This document shows positions 48,110-54,562 of a stretch of DNA of 64,000 nt, in pieces. This DNA comes from an uncultured Clostridia bacterium (lineage in GTDB: Bacteria > Bacillota > Clostridia > Christensenellales > UBA3700), in assembly GCA_947174325.1 (NCBI GenBank), contig CAMWIL010000002.1, positions 4,485 to 68,484 on the forward strand, read 5' to 3'. Positions within the stretch are counted from its first letter, which is position 1, and each line of letters starts with the position of its first letter. The notes beneath the pieces were generated by a model. That model did not search any database. It was not told the DNA's origin and saw nothing but the letters and a program-made list of their open reading frames with translations. Both the position numbers and the translations under genes were made by a program.

Positions 48110-48138
48110 TTGCTTTTATTTAGATTGAGTGCTATTAT
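48110..48138 (+). promoter_or_regulatory. Putative sigma-A promoter of rpmB
   Basis: TTGCTT (48110-48115), 17 nt, TATTAT (48133-48138). GGAGG SD precedes ATG 48172. Confidence 0.6.
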
Positions 48139-48171
48139 ATTTAGGCAATATGTCAATGGAGGTATTCAAGT

Positions 48172-48363
48172 ATGTCTAAAGTATGTGCTATCTGCGGTAA
48201 AGGACAACAAAGCGGAAATAAGGTAAGCCACTCCAACCGTAAATACAGAAGAAGTTGGGGCGCAAACGTTCAAAAAGTTAAAGTTGTCAACAACAACGGC
48301 TCGACACAAAGTTTGTATGTATGCACCAGATGTCTTCGCAGTGGTGCCGTAGAGCGTGCTTAA
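48172..48363 (+). CDS. rpmB: 50S ribosomal protein L28
   Basis: MSKVCAICGKGQQSGNKVSHSNRKYRRSWGANVQKVKV..., 63 aa. Confidence 0.95.
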   Translation: MSKVCAICGKGQQSGNKVSHSNRKYRRSWGANVQKVKVVNNNGSTQSLYVCTRCLRSGAVERA

Positions 48364-48384
48364 TCTATAAACTTTAAATAAACT

Positions 48385-48413
48385 TCACTCTGCTTTGCGG
48401 AGTGATTTTTTTT
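48385..48413 (+). terminator. Intrinsic terminator of rpmB
   Basis: TCACTCTGC(48385-48393)-TTT-GCGGAGTGA(48397-48405)-TTTTTTTT. Confidence 0.85.
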
Positions 48414-48459
48414 GCAAAAATTCACTGATATCGCCCTATTTTGAATAAATTTACACAAA

Positions 48460-48475
48460 TTGAACATTGTTCAGT
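48460..48475. repeat. Copy C of 16-bp motif TTGAACA-N-WGTTCAGT (perfect TGAACA-T-TGTTCA palindrome)
   Basis: TTGAACATTGTTCAGT, between the convergent rpmB and spoVM terminators. Confidence 0.6.
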
Positions 48476-48488
48476 CGATTTTTGACAG

Positions 48489-48523
48489 ATAAAAAATACG
48501 CCCTATTCTATTGCGGACGCATT
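48489..48523 (-). terminator. Candidate terminator downstream of the spoVM-like micro-ORF
   Basis: Minus strand ATGCGTCC-(11 nt)-GGGCGTAT-TTTTTATC. 8-bp stem with two G-U pairs. Confidence 0.45.
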
Positions 48524-48552
48524 TTTATACGATATTAATCGTGATTATCAAT

Positions 48553-48624
48553 TCAGTTTTTTCTTTTGAACACCCTCAGTATCATTTTGATAAATTTAGG
48601 CGGATTGATACAAATTATTCTCAT
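48553..48624 (-). CDS. spoVM: Stage V sporulation protein M-like micro-protein (23 aa; 25 aa if started at ATG 48630)
   Basis: Not in the ORF track (<60 aa). AAGGAGG at 48640-48634, then ATG 48630 and ATG 48624. Product (MA)MRIICINPPKFIKMILRVFKRKN aligns with B. subtilis SpoVM MKFYTIKLPKFLGGIVRAMLGSFRKD (I-x-x-PKF[LI]-x-x-I-[VL]-R). Same position as spoVM in B. subtilis, between rpe and a convergent rpmB. Confidence 0.6.
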   Translation of the reverse strand: MRIICINPPKFIKMILRVFKRKN

Positions 48625-48651
48625 AGCCATATGCCTCCTTCTGGATAATGC

Positions 48652-48678
48652 AGTATATGAAAATAATAAATATATGGT
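48652..48678 (-). promoter_or_regulatory. Weak candidate mother-cell sigma (sigK/sigE-type) promoter for spoVM
   Basis: Minus strand AC (48678-48677), 17 nt, CATATACT (48659-48652). Resembles AC-N17-CATAnnnTA. Match is partial. Confidence 0.25.
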
Positions 48679-48693
48679 TACACCTAAAATTTA

Positions 48694-49338
48694 TCAAAAT
48701 TCTTTCAACGTTCTTATTGCCTTTGCAGGATCTTGCGCGCCAAAGACGTAGCTTCCGCTCACAGCAATATCCAAACCTCTTTTTGCCATTTCTTGGATAT
48801 TATCTACGCTTACTCCGCCGTCAAATTCAATCATAACGTTTCTTTCGCCTATCAACGCTTTTAATTGAGATATCTTATCCATAGTGCTTTCTATAAATTT
48901 CTGCGCCGAAAAACCAGGATAAACGCCCATAAGCATAACCAAATCGATCATATCTATATACTTTTCTATGCTTTTCACCTCGATATTGGGATTTAATACA
49001 AGTCCTACGAGTTTTCCGTGTCTATGAACGGTATCAACGATAGTTTCCACACTTTCGCTTACCTCGGGATGAAAAGTAATTATATCCGCTCCTGCGTCAA
49101 GAAATTTATCTACGTATCTTTCCGGCTTAACTATCATCAAATGAACGTCTAGAGGCAAGTCCGTATATTTGCGAATCGCCTTGATCATAGGTATTCCAAA
49201 CGTGATGTTAGGACAGAACACGCCGTCCATAACGTCGCAATGAACCCAATCAGCGCCCCATTTTGATAATTTTGCTACGTCTTCTCCCATTTTTGCAAAA
49301 TCCGCCGACAGTATTGACGGAGAAATTTTTATACTCAT
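48694..49338 (-). CDS. rpe: Ribulose-phosphate 3-epimerase
   Basis: 214 aa. PSILSADF, HCDVMDG, VDVHLM and EFDGG motifs. Confidence 0.95.
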   Translation of the reverse strand: MSIKISPSILSADFAKMGEDVAKLSKWGADWVHCDVMDGVFCPNITFGIPMIKAIRKYTDLPLDVHLMIVKPERYVDKFLDAGADIITFHPEVSESVETIVDTVHRHGKLVGLVLNPNIEVKSIEKYIDMIDLVMLMGVYPGFSAQKFIESTMDKISQLKALIGERNVMIEFDGGVSVDNIQEMAKRGLDIAVSGSYVFGAQDPAKAIRTLKEF

Positions 49339-49412
49339 ACTACTCGCTCCTATTATATCTTTTGTTTTTCTTAAATGTATAATCGATTTAATTATATTAC
49401 AGCGATAATGAA

Positions 49413-49428
49413 TTGAACAATGTTCAGT
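49413..49428. repeat. Copy D of 16-bp motif TTGAACA-N-WGTTCAGT (perfect TGAACA-A-TGTTCA palindrome)
   Basis: TTGAACAATGTTCAGT, abutting the rsgA stop codon and upstream of rpe. Confidence 0.6.
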
Positions 49429-50309
49429 TAATCATATCGCTTATTCCAACGCTTTTCCACATGAGAAAACAAGCGCAAATACCTGTCGTATCTGCTTTGA
49501 GCAATCTTGCCTTGCTCTACCGCCCGCTTAACTGCGCAATCGCTTTCTTTATAGTGATTGCAACATCTAAACTTGCAGTTGACTGCATATTCATCAAAAT
49601 CGGTATAATACGTCGAAAGCCGAGCGGGATCGAACAAAGGTATTTCCAATTTACTGAATCCGCAAGTATCCGCTATCTTCGTACCGTCGTTCAACGTTAT
49701 TATCTCAATGTGGCGTGTAGTATTTTTACCTCTTTCGCTTTTTTTGCTCAATTCACCTATCTTCATCTTATCTTCGCCTATAATAAAATTGATAAGAGAT
49801 GATTTTCCGACAGCCGATTGACCTGCTAAGCAAACGTATTTTCCGCGTATCAACCTCATAAGTTCATCAATACCTTGTCCGGTCTGCGTAGATATGACCA
49901 AAATATCGGCAATATCTTTGTAGTCGCTCGCAACATCGTTTGCGATTTGATCCGCGCCTTGCATATCCGCCTTATTGACGCAGATTATCGGCTGAATACC
50001 GTTTTCAGTCGCGCCTATGATCAATTTATCTACAAGCATCATATCAGGTTTCGGCAAAGGCGCAAGTACAATAACTATTCCATCCATATTGCTGACAAAC
50101 GGTCTTACGAGTTGAGTTTTACGTTCATGAACGCTTTCTATAATACCTTCCTTATCAACGGCAATATCCACAATATCGCCGATAAACAATTCGCCGATAT
50201 TTTTGAGTTTTCCCCTTGGAAAGCATTTTACGCTTTCGCCGTCTTCGGTCACAACGGTATATATGCCGCCTATTCCCTTGATTATCTGTCCGCTTTTTTT
50301 GACTTTGAT
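49428..50309 (-). CDS. rsgA: Ribosome small-subunit-dependent GTPase A (RsgA/YloQ/CpgA), probably initiated at a non-canonical ATC codon
   Basis: Circularly permuted GTPase motifs (NKADM, LAGQSAVGKSSLIN, DTCGF) and a C-terminal Zn knuckle (CKFRCCNHYKESDCAV). The tracked ORF starts at GTG 50252. The conserved N-terminus (GQIIKGIGGIYTV) is encoded in frame upstream of it. AAGGAG 50321-50316 lies 6 nt before ATC 50309. Confidence 0.85.
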   Translation of the reverse strand: MKVKKSGQIIKGIGGIYTVVTEDGESVKCFPRGKLKNIGELFIGDIVDIAVDKEGIIESVHERKTQLVRPFVSNMDGIVIVLAPLPKPDMMLVDKLIIGATENGIQPIICVNKADMQGADQIANDVASDYKDIADILVISTQTGQGIDELMRLIRGKYVCLAGQSAVGKSSLINFIIGEDKMKIGELSKKSERGKNTTRHIEIITLNDGTKIADTCGFSKLEIPLFDPARLSTYYTDFDEYAVNCKFRCCNHYKESDCAVKRAVEQGKIAQSRYDRYLRLFSHVEKRWNKRYD

Positions 50310-50342
50310 AGTTATCTCCTTTGCAAAAACAAGTTTGCGTTA

Positions 50343-50849
50343 TTATATTATATCTTTATATATACTTGCTATCTCATTTAAGGCAAGATTCTCGCGATAA
50401 TGACAGCCGTATAATTCTTCGTCACCGTCCTCGTATTCTTTCATAAGCGCTTTGATTTGCCTTATTATCTCTTCGCAATCTTGCCACTTGCATACAAGAT
50501 TCAAAGATATTTCATTATCCGTATAAGATTTTTCACATTCGCCGACTATTCCGCACAAAGTATACGTACTGAAAAATACAACGTCATGATAGTATTCTCT
50601 TATCGCAAAAAGTTCCTTTATAGGCTCTACGACAAATCCGCATTCTTCTTTACACTCGCGGACAATACACTCGTCGTTACTCTCATTGCCTTCAACTCCG
50701 CCGCCCGGCAGCATAACCATCTTAGGCGCAGACGCGTGCTCGACAAATAATTTACCGTTATTTACGATAACGGCGCGGACGGCATAGCGAGTAAAATCGT
50801 ACGCTTTATCTTTTGAGTAGTTGCCGTCGAAAATCTCAATAATTTTCAT
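50343..50849 (-). CDS. NUDIX hydrolase
   Basis: Nudix box GGGVEGNESNDECIVRECKEECGF. Confidence 0.85.
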   Translation of the reverse strand: MKIIEIFDGNYSKDKAYDFTRYAVRAVIVNNGKLFVEHASAPKMVMLPGGGVEGNESNDECIVRECKEECGFVVEPIKELFAIREYYHDVVFFSTYTLCGIVGECEKSYTDNEISLNLVCKWQDCEEIIRQIKALMKEYEDGDEELYGCHYRENLALNEIASIYKDII

Positions 50850-51888
50850 CTTTGAGTACCTTTCTTCTAAGCTGTCCGCATGCGCCTTCGATATCGCCGC
50901 CCATACTTCTGCGCACGGTTACGCTTATTCCTTGCTTTTCAAGCTGCGCCATAAATCGGTATATATTCTTTTTACTGCTGCCGTCTAAGCCTCTTTCCTT
51001 TACGTAATTCAAAGGAATAAGATTAATATGACAAGCCAGTCCCTTGACCACTTCCGCAAGTTGCTTTGCGCAAATCTCCGTGTCATTTTTTCCTGCGATC
51101 ATAGAATACTCGAATATTATACGCCTGCCCGTCTTGTCAAAATAATACTTTACCGCTTTTATTATATCGGATATAGAATATTTCTTGGCTATCGGCATTA
51201 TCTCACGACGCATTTCATCGTTTGGCGCGTGCAAAGAAATTGTCATCGTCGGCGAAAATCCGTCGTCTGCCAAACGAACTATTTTATCGCAAAGCCCGCA
51301 GGTCGATAGCGATACGTTCCTTTTGGATAAATTCAAGCCTCGTTCGTCGCTAACCAACGTGAGAAATTTACAAACGTTGTCATAATTATCCAAAGGCTCG
51401 CCGCTTCCCATAAGTACTATATTTGTCACGCCTCGTTCATTGTCGACAGCGTTTTCACGGTTTACCGCGACGACTTGTCCCAGAATTTCGCCCGCAGATA
51501 AATTTCTTATCAGTCCGTCCAAACCGGAAGCGCAAAAGGCGCAGTTCATTCTACATCCCACTTGCGTTGACACGCACAAGGTATTGCCGTACTTGTACTT
51601 CATCAATACGCCTTCGATAATATTGCCGTCGCGTAACCGGTAAAGATATTTTATCGTTCCGTCAAGCGAAGATCTCAGTTCTTTTACAATCTCTATCCCT
51701 TGAGGATAATAACCGTCTTCGGAAAGCGCGTCCAACATAGATTTGGGAATATTCTTCATTCCGTCAAATGACGCGCCCTTATTGAGCCATTCGTAAAGCT
51801 GCTTAGCGCGGAATTTAGGCTGATGGATTTTTTCGACCAAAAGTTCCAATTCTTCAATAGAACGATCTGCAAGCAACTTACTTTCCAT
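50836..51888 (-). CDS. rlmN: 23S rRNA/tRNA (adenine-C2)-methyltransferase RlmN, radical SAM
   Basis: PKFRAKQLYEWL N-terminus, CVSTQVGCRMNCAFCASG radical-SAM cluster, GGDIEGACGQL C-terminus. Confidence 0.93.
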   Translation of the reverse strand: MESKLLADRSIEELELLVEKIHQPKFRAKQLYEWLNKGASFDGMKNIPKSMLDALSEDGYYPQGIEIVKELRSSLDGTIKYLYRLRDGNIIEGVLMKYKYGNTLCVSTQVGCRMNCAFCASGLDGLIRNLSAGEILGQVVAVNRENAVDNERGVTNIVLMGSGEPLDNYDNVCKFLTLVSDERGLNLSKRNVSLSTCGLCDKIVRLADDGFSPTMTISLHAPNDEMRREIMPIAKKYSISDIIKAVKYYFDKTGRRIIFEYSMIAGKNDTEICAKQLAEVVKGLACHINLIPLNYVKERGLDGSSKKNIYRFMAQLEKQGISVTVRRSMGGDIEGACGQLRRKVLKDENY

Positions 51889-53113
51889 TTCTTTTCTCCA
51901 AAACCGCTACAAAGAAACCGTCTTGTCCGTTGCCGTCGGGCAAATACTGATTACTCGACAAGACTTCCCAATCAGGATTATTCTTTACAAATTTTCCTAC
52001 GATATTATAATTCTCTTCGCGAAGCGTAGTACAAGTCGAATAGACGATCCTGCGTTTTGTATATTTGCTTGCGTTGGTCAATATCTTGTATTGAATTTCC
52101 GCAAGTTGATCGATTTTATCAGCCGAAGCGTTTAGATAAATATCCGGCTTCTTGCTCGCAACTCCAAAACCGCTACAAGGTACGTCGCAAAGCGTCTTGT
52201 CAAATTTTCCTTCAAAAGCGTCATTAAATACGCAAGCGTCATTCAATATTATATCAATATTATTTGCGCCCATTCTGTTGGCATAAGCGCGGATAAGTTC
52301 CAACCTATGCTCATGTATATCGCACGCGACTATTTTCACGTTTGCCGACTCGCTCATATATACGGTTTTTCCGCCCGGCGCGCTGCACAGGTCGAGTACG
52401 TTTTCTCCATCTTTTAATTCCATAGCCTTGACTGCCAGCATAGAAGTCAAAGACTGGAACATCGCCATACCTTTCTCGCAAAGTCCTTTGACGAAAGCGC
52501 AGTTATCAACAAAAAGTCCGTCCGCTTGACTTTGAACGTATTCGACGTGACGTTCGGCAAGTTTATTTTCAAGTTGCGATAGCGAAAGTCTTTTTGAATT
52601 GTTACGCAAATGCTCCTTTGTAAAAGTCGGCGCGCTTAGAAAACTTTCGCTCCTTTCAAATCCATACTGCTTGACGTACTTTTTTACCAACCACAACGGA
52701 ACGCTTGCCGTTACGCTCAAACGCTCGATTTTATCGCTAGGCAATTCTATCTTATTAACGTCAAAATTTTTGAGCGTAGCGTTGACAAATCCTTTGAGCT
52801 GTCTTTTCCCATACTTTTCGCATATTGACACGATACTGTTGACCAATGCGTAATCGGGTATGGAATCAATATATAAAAGACAATACAAGCCTAGTTTTAT
52901 TAACACGGCAATCGTCTTCGACGGTCTTTTCGCAGTGATCTTGCTTAGATAGTATTCAAGTTGAACGTCTTTTTGCAATACGCCGTATACAATACGCGTT
53001 ACGATAGCCTGATTGCTTGCACCGTTTACTCTTTTATTCAGTTCTATCGTGCTATACGCGCCGTCTTTGTACACGCTAAGCAATACTTCAAAAGCCAAAA
53101 TCAAATCGTTCAT
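51878..53113 (-). CDS. rsmB: 16S rRNA (cytosine967-C5)-methyltransferase RsmB-like
   Basis: NusB-like N-terminal domain. LDLCSAPGGKT, DVPCSGFG and YSTCT motifs. Confidence 0.85.
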   Translation of the reverse strand: MNDLILAFEVLLSVYKDGAYSTIELNKRVNGASNQAIVTRIVYGVLQKDVQLEYYLSKITAKRPSKTIAVLIKLGLYCLLYIDSIPDYALVNSIVSICEKYGKRQLKGFVNATLKNFDVNKIELPSDKIERLSVTASVPLWLVKKYVKQYGFERSESFLSAPTFTKEHLRNNSKRLSLSQLENKLAERHVEYVQSQADGLFVDNCAFVKGLCEKGMAMFQSLTSMLAVKAMELKDGENVLDLCSAPGGKTVYMSESANVKIVACDIHEHRLELIRAYANRMGANNIDIILNDACVFNDAFEGKFDKTLCDVPCSGFGVASKKPDIYLNASADKIDQLAEIQYKILTNASKYTKRRIVYSTCTTLREENYNIVGKFVKNNPDWEVLSSNQYLPDGNGQDGFFVAVLEKRNGK

Positions 53114-54051
53114 CAGCCTAAAATCACTCCGCTTTTCAGTTTGCCTCCCGTTAAGAACGAAACGATATCCATAGACTTTTTGCCCTCGATTTGAACCTGC
53201 AAAAGTTCTATTATTCCATCGCCTGTCTTTGCGAACGCGCTGTTTTTAGTTGCGTAAACCTCTCCAATGGCATAGTCTTTCATTGTACCTATTACTTCCT
53301 TACTCTCGCCTACCTTACACTTTGAAATCTTAAACATCTTTCCGTCTAAATAGGTGTAAGCCGACGGCCAAGGCGTAAATCCTCTCATCTTATTGAAGAT
53401 ACTAATCGCAGACTGCGACCAATCAATCCTGCCGTCTTCTTTGTTTATCATTGGATAATGCGTAGCCGACTTCTCGTCCTGAGGCGTATAGACGGCTTTT
53501 CCGTCGGCAATCAATTTCAAAGCCTCTACGATAGATTTTCCGCCCAATTCCGCAAGCCTATCAAACAGCTCTCCGGCATTTTCTTCGGGTAGCACGTCGA
53601 GTGTCTTTTGAAGTAAAATATCACCGCTATCCACAGCAAGAGCTGTGCGCATGATAGTAATTCCCGTCTGCGTTTCGCCGTTTACAAGACACCATTGTAT
53701 CGGACTGCTTCCCCTATATTTAGGCAAAAGCGATGCGTGAATATTTATCACTCCGTATTTGGGAATATCCAAAATCTCTTGACTTATGATCTGTCCGAAA
53801 GCGCAAGTAACCATTATGTCGGGATTAATACGTTTTACGTCGTCTACCCCTTCTTTGCGAATACTTTCATACTGATAGACGTTGATACCCCGCTCGATTG
53901 CATACGCTTTTACAGGACAAAACGACTCTTCGCCTCTGTTGCGTTTTCTGTCAGGTTGCGTCACTACGCCGACAACGTCAAAACCGCTGTCGAGTATCGC
54001 GCTCAATGCGTGAACGGCAAAATCGGGCGTTCCCAAAAAAAGTATCCTCAT
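53113..54051 (-). CDS. fmt: Methionyl-tRNA formyltransferase
   Basis: MRILFLGTPDFA at ATG 54051, 6 nt after GGAGG (tracked TTG 54054 is less likely). HASLLPKYRG motif. Confidence 0.95.
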   Translation of the reverse strand: MRILFLGTPDFAVHALSAILDSGFDVVGVVTQPDRKRNRGEESFCPVKAYAIERGINVYQYESIRKEGVDDVKRINPDIMVTCAFGQIISQEILDIPKYGVINIHASLLPKYRGSSPIQWCLVNGETQTGITIMRTALAVDSGDILLQKTLDVLPEENAGELFDRLAELGGKSIVEALKLIADGKAVYTPQDEKSATHYPMINKEDGRIDWSQSAISIFNKMRGFTPWPSAYTYLDGKMFKISKCKVGESKEVIGTMKDYAIGEVYATKNSAFAKTGDGIIELLQVQIEGKKSMDIVSFLTGGKLKSGVILG

Positions 54052-54101
54052 CAATTACCTCCTGACTTTATAAAACGCGTTTCTCTTTTTTATACAGATT
54101 A

Positions 54102-54551
54102 TTACTCTCTTCCTTCTTTCGCGCGGTCGTAAAACAAAATTCCGTCCAAGTGGTCGATCTCGTGACAAAAGGCTCTAGCAATAAATCCTTCCGCAGTAAC
54201 CGTCATTGCCTTGCCCGTCCTATCCTGATAATCAACGGTGACCTTATACGGTCTTTTTACGTTTGCGCTTTTCTCCGGCACGCTCAAACACGCTTCTCCG
54301 CCGTCCTGCTCTCCCTTCGTCTTTACAATGACGGGATTGACAAACTCAATATAAAAATCGTCTACTTCTACGACTGCAATTCTTCTCAATATTCCGATTT
54401 GAGGACCGGCAAGCCCAACGCCGTCGGCGTGTCGCATAGTCTCTCGCATATCGTCGAGAAGTCTTCCGAGTTTTTCGTCAAAGACTTCGACTTGACGACA
54501 CTTTTTTCTCAAAGTAGGATTTGGATCTGTCACAATATCTCTTAATGCCAT
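54102..54551 (-). CDS. def: Peptide deformylase
   Basis: GVGLAGPQIG, EACLSVP and HEIDHLDG motifs. Confidence 0.95.
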   Translation of the reverse strand: MALRDIVTDPNPTLRKKCRQVEVFDEKLGRLLDDMRETMRHADGVGLAGPQIGILRRIAVVEVDDFYIEFVNPVIVKTKGEQDGGEACLSVPEKSANVKRPYKVTVDYQDRTGKAMTVTAEGFIARAFCHEIDHLDGILFYDRAKEGRE

Positions 54552-54562
54552 TCTTAATCTCC

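Noticed and set aside
48566-48836. Plus-strand tracked ORFs 48566..48751 (61 aa) and 48648..48836 (62 aa) in the rpmB-rpe interval.
   Set aside because: They are antisense to the spoVM-like micro-ORF, its SD and the 3' end of rpe. They lack an SD and encode hydrophobic, low-complexity sequence. The syntenic, SD-preceded spoVM reading on the minus strand explains the region better.
45771-49428. Interpreting the TGAACA-N-TGTTCA sites as LexA (Cheo) SOS boxes, which was attractive because two copies lie upstream of recG.
   Set aside because: The Firmicute LexA box is GAAC-N4-GTTC. All four sites have GAAC-N3-GTTC, which changes half-site phasing. One site lies between two terminators and another upstream of rpe, neither an SOS context. 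I kept it as an unassigned motif rather than a LexA call.
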